Numbered from the stretch's first letter, positions 25,740 to 36,229 are shown. The stretch: 38,159 nucleotides of DNA from an uncultured Bacteroidaceae bacterium (GCA_964547605.1 CAZJOL010000003.1:1-38159), one strand, 5' to 3'. The notes: generated by a model not told the origin, from the letters alone. Numbers and translations: made by a program.

Positions 25740-25757
25740 CCCACTAATCCTTTTATT

Positions 25758-28331
25758 ATGAAACTGAGTATGAAAAAGCTTGCACCCTATCTTGTTGCAT
25801 TGGGTATCATTTTCATCGTTTTGATTGTTTTGTTTCAACCGGCCCTTGAAGGCAAAACGTTGAAACAGGATGACGTTGTGAGCTGGAATGCCAATTCGGC
25901 CGAAGCACGCGATTATTATGAAAAAACCGGGGAGCAGGCTTTTTGGGCCGAAAATGTTTTCAGTGGTATGCCTACTTATATGATTACCATCAAACATGTG
26001 GGTAATCTTTTTCTGCAGGTCGATAAATTCATGCGATTGTTCCTTCCGTTTTTCATGGGATTTGTATTCATTGGTTTTGCCGGGTTTCTTTTATTCACCA
26101 GGATACTCAAGCTAAATGTGTGGGCCGGCATTGCCGGGGCGCTGGCTTTTGCCTTATCCTCGTATTTTATTGTAATTCTGTCTGTCGGACACAATGCAAA
26201 GGCACATGCCATTGCATACATGGCGCCCTATTTGATTTCGGTGTATATGACTTACCGAGGCAAATACACAATGGGTGGTTTATTGGCAGCTTTTTTTCTC
26301 GCGCTCGAAATCGCGGCCAATCACATTCAGATTACCTATTACCTTGCATTTGTTGTGTTGATTTTTGTTGTGTTCGAAGCGGTCTGGGCGGTTATTGATA
26401 AACAAATAAAACGTTTTTTACTGGCGTCAGGGGTGTTGCTTATAGGACTTATTCTGGCGGTTGGCGTGAATTTCTCTACTTTATATGTATCCTATGAATA
26501 TTCAAAAGAAACCATTCGTGGAAAATCTGAATTGACTCATGCAGATAAAAATGACTCAAAAGGATTAGATAAATCATATATCTATGGCTGGAGCTATGGA
26601 ATAAGCGAGACCTTTACTTTTTTAATTCCCAATTATTCCGGAGGTGCTTCACAACCTATAGAAATCGAAAACAAAGATATGCTGAAGAAAGTAGATGATC
26701 AGCAGATCAGGAAAATTGTTGCAGGGTGGCCTCAGTACTGGGGCGAGCAGCCCGGAACATCCGGGCCGGTGTATGTTGGTGCAGTTGTCATGTTTTTGTT
26801 TGTGCTGGGACTGATAATCTCAAAAAACCGCCTGAAATGGCCTTTATTTATTGCGGGAGCATTAAGTGTTATGCTGGCCTGGGGGGGGAATTTTACAGCA
26901 CTATCCGATTTTTTTGTTGACTATGTACCTATGTACAACAAGTTTCGTGCGCCTTCCATGTGGCTGGTAATTGCCGAGCTTATTATTCCAATTATTTTTG
27001 TTCTGGGTGTGCATGAGCTGGTTTCGAATGCCGATCGCCTGAAAGAAAAAACGAGAGCATTATATATTGCTTTCGGTCTGACAGGTGGAATTGCGCTTCT
27101 GTTCTGGCTTTTACCGGGCACATTCACGAGTTTTTATTCTTCACAGGATGACGCCAGAGTTAAACAATATATGAATATGTATACTGGCGAAATTCAGAAA
27201 CTTCCAGCTGATCAACAGTCCGGGCAAATGGCTTTTTATTCCGATATTTTCGAAAATCAATTACCGGAAGCGGTAGTTGAGGTTCGCACTGCCATTTTCA
27301 AAGCAGATGCATTGCGATCATTGCTCTTTATCACGATTGCAGGATTATTCGTGTTTTTGTTTTTATCGAAGAAAATTAAAGCTCCGGTTTTGCTGGGATC
27401 ACTTATTGTTTTGATTGCAGTTGATATGATTCCGGTGAATAAGCGTTATCTGAACAACAAGAATTTTGTATCAAAGAGAAAAGTTGAAAAACCTTTTTCT
27501 CCTACTATTGCAGATCAATCAATATTGAATGTGAATACTGATGGTTCACGTGTATTGGATCTTTCCGGCGGCATTGGGGGGGCTTTCAACGATGCAACAC
27601 CTTCTTATTTTCATCGGTCAATTGGCGGTTATAGCGCTGCCAAACTAATGCGTTATCAGGAATTAATTGAAAATCAATTGTACCCGGAAATTTCATTACT
27701 GGGTGATAACCTGAGTCAAGGCACTTCCATGGGGCGTATTGATTCGACCTTTAGTAATCTCGGAGTCCTCAATATGCTTAATGCTAAATATTTCATTTTC
27801 AATTCAGGCGCGGCTCCTTTGATTAATAATCATGCATTAGGAAAAGCATGGTTTGTTGAATCATACTCAATAGTAGAAAATGCTGATCAGGAAATTGCCC
27901 GTGTTGGTGAAATCAATACTGCTGCTGAGGCTGTAGTCGATAAACGATTTGCTCCGGCACTTAATAATTTAAAGATAATTCCTGATTCAACGGCCATCAT
28001 TCAACAGACATCCTACAGTCCGAATGTTGTAACATACACCAGCAAAGCTGCGTCACCTCAACTCGCTGTATTTAGTGAAATCTGGTACCCGGAATGGGAG
28101 TTGTATATTGATGGGCAGAAAACGGATTTGATTCGGGCCAATTACGTCTTGCGCGCCGCTGTTATTCCGGCCGGAGAGCATAAAGTTGAGATGAAGATTT
28201 ATCCAAAAACATTTATCAGCAGCACCAAAGTCAGTATGGCTTCATCCATCATCCTTCTGTTGCTGACTGCCGGATATCTGGTGAGTGTTTTGCTGAAGTA
28301 CCGTAAAACAAAAACGGCGACTGAAAATTAG
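25758..28331 (+). CDS. YfhO-family polytopic membrane protein (GT-C-like glycosyltransferase candidate)
   Basis: LFQPALEGKTLKQDDVVSWNANSAEARDYYEKTGEQAFWAENVFSGMPTY is the characteristic Bacteroidota YfhO N-terminus. There are many TM helices, a large C-terminal extracytoplasmic domain and a final TM. Confidence 0.8.
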   Translation: MKLSMKKLAPYLVALGIIFIVLIVLFQPALEGKTLKQDDVVSWNANSAEARDYYEKTGEQAFWAENVFSGMPTYMITIKHVGNLFLQVDKFMRLFLPFFMGFVFIGFAGFLLFTRILKLNVWAGIAGALAFALSSYFIVILSVGHNAKAHAIAYMAPYLISVYMTYRGKYTMGGLLAAFFLALEIAANHIQITYYLAFVVLIFVVFEAVWAVIDKQIKRFLLASGVLLIGLILAVGVNFSTLYVSYEYSKETIRGKSELTHADKNDSKGLDKSYIYGWSYGISETFTFLIPNYSGGASQPIEIENKDMLKKVDDQQIRKIVAGWPQYWGEQPGTSGPVYVGAVVMFLFVLGLIISKNRLKWPLFIAGALSVMLAWGGNFTALSDFFVDYVPMYNKFRAPSMWLVIAELIIPIIFVLGVHELVSNADRLKEKTRALYIAFGLTGGIALLFWLLPGTFTSFYSSQDDARVKQYMNMYTGEIQKLPADQQSGQMAFYSDIFENQLPEAVVEVRTAIFKADALRSLLFITIAGLFVFLFLSKKIKAPVLLGSLIVLIAVDMIPVNKRYLNNKNFVSKRKVEKPFSPTIADQSILNVNTDGSRVLDLSGGIGGAFNDATPSYFHRSIGGYSAAKLMRYQELIENQLYPEISLLGDNLSQGTSMGRIDSTFSNLGVLNMLNAKYFIFNSGAAPLINNHALGKAWFVESYSIVENADQEIARVGEINTAAEAVVDKRFAPALNNLKIIPDSTAIIQQTSYSPNVVTYTSKAASPQLAVFSEIWYPEWELYIDGQKTDLIRANYVLRAAVIPAGEHKVEMKIYPKTFISSTKVSMASSIILLLLTAGYLVSVLLKYRKTKTATEN

Positions 28332-28359
28332 AAAGGTCCATTTTACTGATAACATTTTT

Positions 28360-28388
28360 ACAGCCTTGGTTTCCTAGGCTGTTTTTTT
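28360..28388 (+). terminator. Rho-independent terminator of the YfhO gene
   Basis: ACAGCCT / AGGCTGT stem followed by TTTTTT. Confidence 0.7.
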
Positions 28389-28389
28389 C

Positions 28390-28425
28390 AAAAAAAACTC
28401 CCGCAGGTTTGGGCCAATGCGGGAG
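28390..28425 (-). terminator. Rho-independent terminator of rpoD, back-to-back with the previous one
   Basis: Reverse strand: CTCCCGCA / TGCGGGAG 8-bp stem followed by TTTTTTTT. Confidence 0.7.
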
Positions 28426-28453
28426 CTGAAGGGTATATTCACAACTTGTTTTT

Positions 28454-29317
28454 TTATCCCAGATAACCTTTCAGGTTACGGCTGCGGCTGCCATGTTTCA
28501 GGCGGCGGATGGCTTTTTCCTTGATCTGGCGCACGCGTTCGCGCGTGAGACCGAATTTGTCGCCGATTTCATCGAGTGTGAGCTGGGCGGCGCCGTTCAA
28601 TCCAAAATAGAATTTTAATACATCGCGTTCGCGGGGCGTCAATGTTGCAATCGCGCGTTCAATCTCAATATTCAGTGACTCAAATTGCAGTCCTTTATCA
28701 GGGCGTTCACTTTCCTCGTTGGCATACAGGTCATAGAGGTTTGTGTCTTCGTCGGTAACAATGGGAGCGTCCATGGAGACGTGCCGGCCGGTATGGCGCA
28801 GACTGTCTTTCACTTCGGTGTCGGGCATGTCGAGCAGGGCGGCAATTTCGTGTGCATCCGGTTCGCGCTCGAATTCCTGTTCCAGCTGGGCAAATGCCTT
28901 GTTGATTTTGTTGATGGTGCCGATCTTATTCAGCGGCAGACGGACAATACGTGATTGTTCGGCCAATGCCTGCAGAATCGATTGGCGAATCCACCATACC
29001 GCATAGGAGATGAATTTGAAACCGCGGGTTTCGTCAAAACGCTGGGCAGCTTTTATCAGACCAAGGTTGCCTTCATTAATAAGGTCGGGAAGACTGAGGC
29101 CCTGGTTCTGGTATTGCTTGGCAACAGAAACAACGAAACGGAGATTGGCTTTGGTCAGTTTCTCCAAAGCAGCCATATCTCCCTGTTTGATACGCTGAGC
29201 CAACACGACTTCTTCATTGGCGGTGATCAGCTCTTCACGGCCGATTTCCTGCAGGTACTTGTCCAACGAAGCAGTTTCGCGATTGGTGACCTGCTTGCTA
29301 ATTTTTAGTTGCCTCAT
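28454..29317 (-). CDS. rpoD: Primary RNA polymerase sigma factor (sigma-70 family, short Bacteroidota type)
   Basis: Region 2 is [17 protein letters not shown] and [10 protein letters not shown]. Region 4.2 is [27 protein letters not shown]. At 287 aa there is no region 1.1, as known for Bacteroidota sigma-A. Confidence 0.93.
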   Translation of the reverse strand: MRQLKISKQVTNRETASLDKYLQEIGREELITANEEVVLAQRIKQGDMAALEKLTKANLRFVVSVAKQYQNQGLSLPDLINEGNLGLIKAAQRFDETRGFKFISYAVWWIRQSILQALAEQSRIVRLPLNKIGTINKINKAFAQLEQEFEREPDAHEIAALLDMPDTEVKDSLRHTGRHVSMDAPIVTDEDTNLYDLYANEESERPDKGLQFESLNIEIERAIATLTPRERDVLKFYFGLNGAAQLTLDEIGDKFGLTRERVRQIKEKAIRRLKHGSRSRNLKGYLG

Positions 29318-29387
29318 AAAATTCTCTCAGGGTTGGGTTAGCATTTATACGATGCGCCCAACCGAATGTTACACAAAACAGGTGAAA

Positions 29388-31514
29388 TTAATTTTCTTCT
29401 TTAGGTAACAACACTTTACGCGAAAGGCGGAGTTTCCCCGTTTTTTCATCGGTTCCGATCAGTTTCACCTGAATCTTGTCACCGACTTTCAAAACGGTAT
29501 TTACATCCTGAATTCGTTTCCAGTCGATTTCGGATACATGAAGCAAAGCTTCCTTGCCGGGAAGGATTTCAACAAATGCACCATAGGCCTGAATGGCTTT
29601 CACGGTTCCTTCATAAACTTCACCGACTTCAGGAACTGCAACGATGGATTTAACCCAATTATGCGCTGCATTCATGCTGTCTTTATCTGCTGAGAAAATT
29701 TCGACTACGCCAAAATCGCCGACTTCTTCAATAAGAATCGTAGCACCAGTCTGACGCTGGATTTCCTGAATGATTTTTCCGCCAGGTCCAATCACAGCTC
29801 CTATGAATTCGCGCGGGATACTGAATTTGACGAAGCGAGGTACATTGGGTTTGTAATCGGCACGCGGCTCGGGCAGGGTTGCCGTCAGGAGTTTCAGAAT
29901 ATGCTCACGTCCGCGTTTGGCTTGCGCCAGGGCTTCGGCAAGAATATCATACGAAAGTCCGTCAACCTTAATATCCATCTGGCAGGCGGTGATTCCATCA
30001 ACCGTTCCGGTGACTTTGAAATCCATGTCGCCAAGGTGATCTTCGTCACCCAGAATATCGCTTAAAACGCAGTATTTGCCGGTTTCCGAATCAGTGATCA
30101 GACCCATGGCTATACCTGAAACAGGCTTGCGGAGTTTCACGCCGGCATCCATCAGTGCAAGTGTTCCTGCACAAACAGTAGCCATCGAAGAGCTTCCGTT
30201 TGATTCGAGAATATCGCTGACAATGCGGATGGTGTAAGGATTGGAATCGTCCTGCGGAATCATGTTCTTAAGGGCTCTCAGAGCCAGGTTTCCGTGACCG
30301 ATTTCGCGGCGGCTCGTGCCACGCATCATCTTGGCTTCACCGGTCGAAAACGGCGGGAAGTTATAATGCAGTAAAAGTTTGTTGGTGCCTTCGAAAACGG
30401 CTCCGTCAATAATCTGATCGTCGAGTTTGGTGCCGAGCGTAACTGTTGTCAAGCTTTGAGTTTCGCCGCGGGTGAAGATTGCGCTTCCGTGTGGAGAAGG
30501 CAGGGGACTCACTTCGCACCAGATGGGGCGGATTTCATCCATTTTGCGGCCGTCGAGACGGACGCGTTCTGCCAGATACATGTCGCGAACCGCTTTTTTC
30601 ATCACATCGTGATAGTAGCGGGCAACCAGAGATTTCTTTGCGTCCAGTTCCTCTTCGGGAATGGTAGCAAGAAATTCATCTTCGATAACGTCGAAGTCGT
30701 CCTGACGCTGGTGTTTGTTGGGAGTGCAGCGTTTGGCCACTTCGTAGGCTTTCGGATAGCAAAAGTCCTGAACGGCTTTGCGCAGATCTTCGTCGTTGAC
30801 TTCGTGGCAGTATTCGCGTTTCGGGTTTGCTTTTTCAACCTTGGCAGCAAGTTCCAGCTGAGCTTCGATTTGTTTCTTGATGGCAGCATGAGCAAATTTC
30901 AGGGCTTCCATCATCACTTCTTCGCTCACTTCCTTCATTTCGCCTTCCACCATATTGATGTCTTTGGCGTTGGCAGCCACCATCAGTTCGAGGTCGGCTT
31001 TTTCGAGTTCCTGCACGGTCGGATTAATGACAAATTCGCCGTTGATGCGAGCAACGCGGGCTTCTGAAATCGGTCCGTTGAAAGGAATATTGGAAACTGC
31101 AAGAGCAGAAGATGCTGCAAGAGCTGCATAAGCATCGGGGTGAGTATCGGTATCGCCTGAAATCAGGTAGATAAGAACCTGGGTTTCAGCGTGATAATTA
31201 TCGGGGAAAAGCGGACGCAAAGCGCGGTCCACGAGGCGGGCAATTAGAATTTCGTATTCAGACGGACGAGCTTCGCGTTTGAAAAAACCACCGGGAAAAC
31301 GGCCGGTAGAAGCATATTTTTCCTGATACTCAACAGTCAGGGGCATGAAGTCAACGTTTTCCTTGGCTTCTTTGTTGGAAACGACGGTTGCCAGAAGCAT
31401 GGTATTGCCCATACGGACAATAACAGATCCGTCGGCCTGGCGGGCCAGCTTACCGGTCTCGATAGTTCCGGTTCGCCCGTCGGGAAGTTCAAATGTTTGT
31501 GTGATAGCGTTCAT
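29388..31514 (-). CDS. pnp: Polyribonucleotide nucleotidyltransferase (PNPase)
   Basis: Two RNase PH domains, a KH domain ([16 protein letters not shown]) and an S1 domain ([33 protein letters not shown]). Confidence 0.97.
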   Translation of the reverse strand: MNAITQTFELPDGRTGTIETGKLARQADGSVIVRMGNTMLLATVVSNKEAKENVDFMPLTVEYQEKYASTGRFPGGFFKREARPSEYEILIARLVDRALRPLFPDNYHAETQVLIYLISGDTDTHPDAYAALAASSALAVSNIPFNGPISEARVARINGEFVINPTVQELEKADLELMVAANAKDINMVEGEMKEVSEEVMMEALKFAHAAIKKQIEAQLELAAKVEKANPKREYCHEVNDEDLRKAVQDFCYPKAYEVAKRCTPNKHQRQDDFDVIEDEFLATIPEEELDAKKSLVARYYHDVMKKAVRDMYLAERVRLDGRKMDEIRPIWCEVSPLPSPHGSAIFTRGETQSLTTVTLGTKLDDQIIDGAVFEGTNKLLLHYNFPPFSTGEAKMMRGTSRREIGHGNLALRALKNMIPQDDSNPYTIRIVSDILESNGSSSMATVCAGTLALMDAGVKLRKPVSGIAMGLITDSETGKYCVLSDILGDEDHLGDMDFKVTGTVDGITACQMDIKVDGLSYDILAEALAQAKRGREHILKLLTATLPEPRADYKPNVPRFVKFSIPREFIGAVIGPGGKIIQEIQRQTGATILIEEVGDFGVVEIFSADKDSMNAAHNWVKSIVAVPEVGEVYEGTVKAIQAYGAFVEILPGKEALLHVSEIDWKRIQDVNTVLKVGDKIQVKLIGTDEKTGKLRLSRKVLLPKEEN

Positions 31515-31531
31515 CTTTTTTGTATGTGGTT

Positions 31532-31563
31532 AAAAAAAAGAAAGGCAATACCCGTATTGCCTT
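31532..31563 (-). terminator. Hairpin plus U-tract between rpsO and pnp (terminator/attenuator)
   Basis: Reverse strand: AAGGCAATA-CGGG-TATTGCCTT (9-bp stem), then TCTTTTTTTT. It ends about 17 nt upstream of the pnp ATG. Confidence 0.65.
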
Positions 31564-31585
31564 CCAATGTAAAATGTCAGTATTT

Positions 31586-31855
31586 TTACTTCCTTATCTC
31601 CAGTTGCTGGATCAAAGTACGATACTTTTCAATGTCTTTTGTTTTGATGTAGGTCAGAAGTTTTTTACGTTTTCCTACAAGGGCCAGAAGGCTGCGCTCG
31701 GTCACAAAGTCTTTTTTATTGCTTTTCAGGTGACCGGTCAGATGTTTGATCCTTTCAGTGAAAATAGCAACCTGTACTTCCGGGGCACCGGTGTTGGTTA
31801 CTGCTTTACCGTATTTTTCCGCGAGTTGTTTTTTGGTTTCGATTGATAAATTCAT
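31586..31855 (-). CDS. rpsO: 30S ribosomal protein S15
   Basis: 89 aa. GAPEVQVAIFTERIKHLTGHLKSNKKDFVTERSLLALVGKRKKLLTY is the S15 signature region. Confidence 0.95.
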   Translation of the reverse strand: MNLSIETKKQLAEKYGKAVTNTGAPEVQVAIFTERIKHLTGHLKSNKKDFVTERSLLALVGKRKKLLTYIKTKDIEKYRTLIQQLEIRK

Positions 31856-31877
31856 GGTTCACTTTTTTATCGGGCTG

Positions 31878-31885
31878 CAAAGGTA
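31878..31885 (-). promoter_or_regulatory. -7 box TACCTTTG (reverse strand) for rpsO-pnp
   Basis: Perfect TAnnTTTG 22 nt upstream of the rpsO ATG. Confidence 0.6.
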
Positions 31886-31971
31886 CAATAATTATTTAAT
31901 ATTCAAAACTTTTATGGAGAAAAAATTCTTTTCTGCTGAAACGATGATAAATACGGATTCCTACATTGAAT

Positions 31972-32020
31972 TCCTCAACCTCAACCTCTCTGCCTACTCA
32001 CCACTCACTACTCACTACTT
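31972..32020. repeat. G-poor low-complexity tract (CCTCAA x2, then CTCACYA-type units)
   Basis: TCCTCAACCTCAACCTCTCTGCCTACTCACCACTCACTACTCACTACTT has a single G in 49 nt. It abuts the DUF4294 stop codon. Confidence 0.8.
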
Positions 32021-32622
32021 TATATGGTTCCGTTCTCAATCATTACCACTATAGTTTCAATATCATGGTCAATTCCGATAGGGTCATAGGTAACTTTGAG
32101 ATTATAGCCGAAAATTTTTCCGAAGGTCTGCCAGAATGTAGCCGTAATGCCGCCCCTGAAATCCTTGATGAGGTTATACGTCGTATTGTTTGTCTCTCTG
32201 TAAATCAGCTTCATCAGGATTTTTCCCTGCGTGAATGTGAGTTTCACAAGCTGATCTTCAAGTTGTGCCCTCATTTCTTCTTCTATCCGGTCGAGTTCTT
32301 TTTCCCGCTTGCGGTCGTTTTCAATGCCATTCAGGTACTTATTATATTCATTCACTTTATTGCCAATCATTTTGGCATACGGATACACGCGCTTGATGTG
32401 ACGGACCATTTTTGTGAACTCAATAACCTGCACCTTGGATTTGAATATAATCGGACCGTAAATGCGGACTGTGGGAATCCAGAACAATGGAACAGTGTCG
32501 CCTTCAATAATAACGGCCTTGGTAACAATACCATCTTCGACGCCGCCATTGTTTGATGGTTGAGCCTGAGCAAGCATGCCTGTTGCAACAGTAATTATCA
32601 GCAAAAAGAGCAGCTTTTTCAT
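32020..32622 (-). CDS. DUF4294 domain-containing secreted protein
   Basis: Signal peptide MKKLLFLLIITVATGMLAQA. KMVRHIKRVYPYAKMIGNKVNEY and LTFTQGKILMKLIYRETNNTTYNLIKDFRGG are typical of DUF4294. Confidence 0.75.
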   Translation of the reverse strand: MKKLLFLLIITVATGMLAQAQPSNNGGVEDGIVTKAVIIEGDTVPLFWIPTVRIYGPIIFKSKVQVIEFTKMVRHIKRVYPYAKMIGNKVNEYNKYLNGIENDRKREKELDRIEEEMRAQLEDQLVKLTFTQGKILMKLIYRETNNTTYNLIKDFRGGITATFWQTFGKIFGYNLKVTYDPIGIDHDIETIVVMIENGTI

Positions 32623-32660
32623 TTGTATTTTTCAATCAGTTATACAATTCTGCGGCCAGA

Positions 32661-33893
32661 TTACGAAGCAACTTTGAGTTGAATTTCAGGATGGTTCTTC
32701 AGCTTGTTTTTAACGAACGTTGCAGTGATTTTTATCTTTTCATCTTTACTGCTTTCTGACATGTCAAACATGAGGTCTGTCATGATTTTTTCCATGATAG
32801 AGCGGAGGCCACGGGCACCAAGCTTTCCTTTAATGGCCATGTGCGCAATCTCTTTCAGTCCATCAGGGGTGAATTCAACTGTCACGTTATCCATTTCGAA
32901 AAGGGCCTTGTACTGTTTCACAAGTGAATTCTTGGGCTTGGTGAGAATTTCGAGCATGGCTGCTTCGCTCAACGGATGCAGATGTGCCAGAACCGGCAAC
33001 CGGCCTACGAGCTCAGGGATAAGCCCGAACTTGCGCAGATCTTCAGAAGCAATATACTGCAGCAGATTCTCTTTATCAATTTCTTTCTGCTCGCCTTTTT
33101 TCTTGAAGCCAATAACTGATGTTTTCAGACGGTTGGCAATCATTTTTTCAATGCCGTCAAAAGCTCCACCGCAAATGAACAGAATATTCTGGGTGTTCAC
33201 CTGAATGTATTTCTGGTCCGGATGTTTGCGTCCGCCCTGGGGAGGAACATTGACAACAGCACCCTCAAGCATTTTCAGAAGAGCCTGCTGAACGCCTTCG
33301 CCGCTGACATCGCGTGTGATGCTGGGGTTGTCGGATTTGCGCGAAATTTTATCAATTTCATCAATGAAAATAATTCCATGCTCAGCGGCTTTCACGTCGT
33401 AGTCGGCAACCTGAAGCAGGCGAGCCAGAATGCTTTCAACGTCTTCGCCCACATAGCCTGCTTCGGTGAGTGCGGTGGCATCGGCAATGGCAAAGGGAAC
33501 ATCGAGAAAACGTGCAATGGTTTTGGCGAGCAGGGTTTTACCGGTTCCTGTTTCCCCAACCAGAACAATATTACTTTTTTCTATCTCAACGTCGTTCTCT
33601 TTCGCCCTGATTCTTTTAAAATGATTGTAAACCGCGACCGACAGAAGTTTTTTGGCCTGTTCCTGACCAATAACGTATTGGTCCAGAAAATTATAAATTT
33701 CCTTTGGCTTTCGGAGCGTGAAACCTGTTCCGGCAGCCGGTTTTTTATTTTTAAGCGCCAGCTCTTCATTAATGATGAGCTGGGCCTGTTCGACGCATGC
33801 ATCACAAATGTTGCCGCTTACGCCTGTAATCAGCAGCTTGACTTCCTGCTGGCTGCGGCCGCAAAAGGAGCAATGGTCGGTTGGTTTTGCCAT
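32661..33893 (-). CDS. clpX: ATP-dependent Clp protease ATP-binding subunit ClpX
   Basis: Zinc ribbon [26 protein letters not shown], Walker [14 protein letters not shown], Walker [10 protein letters not shown]. Confidence 0.97.
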   Translation of the reverse strand: MAKPTDHCSFCGRSQQEVKLLITGVSGNICDACVEQAQLIINEELALKNKKPAAGTGFTLRKPKEIYNFLDQYVIGQEQAKKLLSVAVYNHFKRIRAKENDVEIEKSNIVLVGETGTGKTLLAKTIARFLDVPFAIADATALTEAGYVGEDVESILARLLQVADYDVKAAEHGIIFIDEIDKISRKSDNPSITRDVSGEGVQQALLKMLEGAVVNVPPQGGRKHPDQKYIQVNTQNILFICGGAFDGIEKMIANRLKTSVIGFKKKGEQKEIDKENLLQYIASEDLRKFGLIPELVGRLPVLAHLHPLSEAAMLEILTKPKNSLVKQYKALFEMDNVTVEFTPDGLKEIAHMAIKGKLGARGLRSIMEKIMTDLMFDMSESSKDEKIKITATFVKNKLKNHPEIQLKVAS

Positions 33894-33898
33894 GTCGA

Positions 33899-34576
33899 TT
33901 ATTTTTTGTCGCGACGAAGTACTTCGTCAATCATTCCATATTCTTTGGCTTCATCGGCTATCATCCAGTGGTCGCGGTCGCCGTCTTTCCACACCTGTTC
34001 CATAGTCTGACCGCTATGATTGGCAATAATCTGATAAAGTTCTTCTTTCAACTTCCGGATTTCTGTAACAACAATTTCCATATCCGAGGCCTGACCTTCG
34101 GCACCGCCCATCGGCTGGTGAATCATCACGCGGCTGTGCGGAAGGGCTGTACGCTTGCCGTTTGAACCGGCGCAGAGAAGAACGGCGCCCATAGAGGCAG
34201 CCATTCCTGTGCAGATGGTTGCAATATCAGGAGCAATGTACTGCATGGTGTCGTATATGCCCAATCCGGCATAAACAGAGCCACCAGGTGTATTGAGATA
34301 AATGGAAATGTCTTTGGTTGCATCAACGGATTCGAGGAACAGAAGCTGGGCCTGAATGATGTTGGCCACGTAATCGTCGATCGGCACACCGAGGAAAATG
34401 ATACGATCCATCATCAGACGCGAGAAAACGTCCATGGTGGCAATGTTCAGCTGACGTTCCTCGATGATGGTCGGTGAAATGTAGTTTGAAACAACTTTTG
34501 AATATTTGTCAAACACATTGCTGTTGATGCCGCGGTGACCAATGGCATATTTCCTGAATTCGTCGTTCATGTTCAT
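33899..34576 (-). CDS. clpP: ATP-dependent Clp protease proteolytic subunit
   Basis: Catalytic blocks [13 protein letters not shown] (Ser) and VMIHQPMGG (His). 5 nt upstream of clpX. Confidence 0.95.
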   Translation of the reverse strand: MNMNDEFRKYAIGHRGINSNVFDKYSKVVSNYISPTIIEERQLNIATMDVFSRLMMDRIIFLGVPIDDYVANIIQAQLLFLESVDATKDISIYLNTPGGSVYAGLGIYDTMQYIAPDIATICTGMAASMGAVLLCAGSNGKRTALPHSRVMIHQPMGGAEGQASDMEIVVTEIRKLKEELYQIIANHSGQTMEQVWKDGDRDHWMIADEAKEYGMIDEVLRRDKK

Positions 34577-34580
34577 AATC

Positions 34581-35930
34581 TTAGTTTTTTTCGTTCACTA
34601 AATTAATAAAATCTTTCCAATTCATCGTTTTTGTTTCAATCGTGCAATTCTCTTCAAAAAGTTTTATCAGGCGCTCGTCGGTCATGTTATCAACCAGATT
34701 GCTGAAGCGTTCTTTTTCTTTTGAAATTATTTCGTACACCTGATCGATTTTATTTTTCACTTCCGGATCATTTTCGTCCATATCGGCCAGCCCGAGCAGT
34801 TCTTTCAGATGCTGACGAATGTCTTCGCGGGTAATGAGCAGATTGTATTTTTTGATCAGTTTGTTTTCAATCAGCTGCCACTTCATTTCTTCAACATAAA
34901 AAGGGAATCCCTTTTCAATGTCTTCTTCGGATAGTTCCTTTTCCGAGCGGGTGCGGATGAATTTTTTCAGAAATTCTTCGGGCAGTGTGAAATCATATTT
35001 GGCTTTGAGTTCTTTCTGAACATCGAAGAAGAATTGTTTGCGGGCTTCTTTTTCATATGTTCCCTTCACATCCTGACGAATGATTTCGCGCAGCTGATCT
35101 TCGTTTTCAACTTTTCTTTCAGGAAAAACCTGAGCGAAAAGCTGCTCGTCGAGTTCGGCCGGTGTAATGGAAAGGACGCTCTGAAGCGTGATACGGAATG
35201 ACCCTTTCATTTCGCGGGCATCTTCAATGCTGATATTGAAAATTTCGGTGCGCTCATCGGCATTCGGAAAATCTTTTTCGACATCGAAATCAAATGATTC
35301 TTCGGCTTTCTTTCCGATGAAAAATTTCTGAGCATGTTCCGGCAATGTATTGATGCGGAGATGGATGAATTTATCCAGTCCTCCTTCTTTCTTTTCACCG
35401 TTTTCGGTTTCAATCAGCTGTGCAGAAACAAAGCTCCTTTCGTCAACCGACTCGGCTTTTTCGAATTTGCCATATCGTTCGCGGATTTCGCCAACATATT
35501 TTTCTACATCGGTTTCATCGTGGCTGATTTCATATTTTGTCAGGGTCAGCGATTTGTCGGCTGAAGGCTCAAATTCGGGTTCCAGAGCAACGTCGAAACG
35601 AAAAATAAAGGTATTCCCTTCGTTCCATTCGGTCAGGCGGGCGGCATCTTCGTCCATCATGGGCGAGAGAATGAAGTTGACCTTATTATCGTCGAGATAT
35701 TTGTAAACGGCTTCAGATGCTGCATGCAGAACCTCATCGGCCAGTACGGAGTTGCCGTACATTTTTTTGATGACACCAAAAGGAACTTTACCGGGGCGGA
35801 AGCCTGGCATACTGGCTCTGCGGCGGTGTTCGCGCAATTTTTCCTCGACTTTGGGCTGATAGTCAGCTGGTTCGATATGGGTTTTTAATGAGGCAGTTAA
35901 TTCACCGTTTTTTTCAAATTCGAAATTCAT
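34581..35930 (-). CDS. tig: Trigger factor
   Basis: The ORF track (to 35996) runs into tRNA-Leu; the true start is MNFEFEKNGELTASL at 35930. The ribosome-binding signature GFRPGKVP is present. 4 nt upstream of clpP. Confidence 0.9.
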   Translation of the reverse strand: MNFEFEKNGELTASLKTHIEPADYQPKVEEKLREHRRRASMPGFRPGKVPFGVIKKMYGNSVLADEVLHAASEAVYKYLDDNKVNFILSPMMDEDAARLTEWNEGNTFIFRFDVALEPEFEPSADKSLTLTKYEISHDETDVEKYVGEIRERYGKFEKAESVDERSFVSAQLIETENGEKKEGGLDKFIHLRINTLPEHAQKFFIGKKAEESFDFDVEKDFPNADERTEIFNISIEDAREMKGSFRITLQSVLSITPAELDEQLFAQVFPERKVENEDQLREIIRQDVKGTYEKEARKQFFFDVQKELKAKYDFTLPEEFLKKFIRTRSEKELSEEDIEKGFPFYVEEMKWQLIENKLIKKYNLLITREDIRQHLKELLGLADMDENDPEVKNKIDQVYEIISKEKERFSNLVDNMTDERLIKLFEENCTIETKTMNWKDFINLVNEKN

Positions 35931-35969
35931 ACAACACTTTTTTGAACTTTGGACAAATGATAATTTCTG

Positions 35970-36051
35970 TGCGGATGAAGGGACTCGAACCCCCACGCCT
36001 TACGGCACCAGATCCTAAGTCTGGCGCGGCTACCAATTACGCCACATCCGC
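35970..36051 (-). tRNA. tRNA-Leu (anticodon UAG), 82 nt, long variable arm
   Basis: Acceptor GCGGATG/CATCCGC, anticodon arm CCAGA-CTTAGGA-TCTGG, variable arm GCCGTAAGGCGT, T arm GGGGG-TTCGAGT-CCCTT. Confidence 0.9.
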
Positions 36052-36063
36052 AAATCAGGGATG

Positions 36064-36071
36064 CAAAGGTA
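36064..36071 (-). promoter_or_regulatory. -7 box TACCTTTG (reverse strand) for tRNA-Leu, possibly also tig-clpP-clpX
   Basis: Perfect TAnnTTTG ending 12 nt upstream of the tRNA 5' end. Confidence 0.6.
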
Positions 36072-36196
36072 CAATTATTATTGGAACCGCCAATCTAAGT
36101 TGTATGTTTATTATCAGTACATTAATGCCAGAGATGTGATTTATTGGTCAGCCATATCCTCAAAAAAGTCAAGGGTTGTGATTTTACAAACAGATG

Positions 36197-36229
36197 AAAA
36201 AATGAAGCTCCGGAATATCCGAAGCTTCA
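36197..36229 (-). terminator. Rho-independent terminator of the T9SS cargo gene
   Basis: Reverse strand: TGAAGCT-TCGGATATTCCGG-AGCTTCA with an inner 4-bp helix, followed by TTTTTT. Confidence 0.65.

Noticed and set aside
28454-29317. Unusually short primary sigma factor (287 aa, no region 1.1) as a novelty
   Set aside because: This is the established architecture of Bacteroidota sigma-A, so it serves as a taxonomic marker rather than a finding.
30456-31067. Long antisense ORFs inside conserved genes (30456-31067 in pnp, 32704-33204 and 33222-34010 in clpX/clpP, 31966-32556 in DUF4294, 18911-19375 in the helicase, 298-636 in the NamZ-like gene, 6752-7150 in manA, 7999-8397 in the WbuC-like gene)
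   Set aside because: These are shadow ORFs opposite strongly supported genes, with low-complexity or odd composition and no independent signals.
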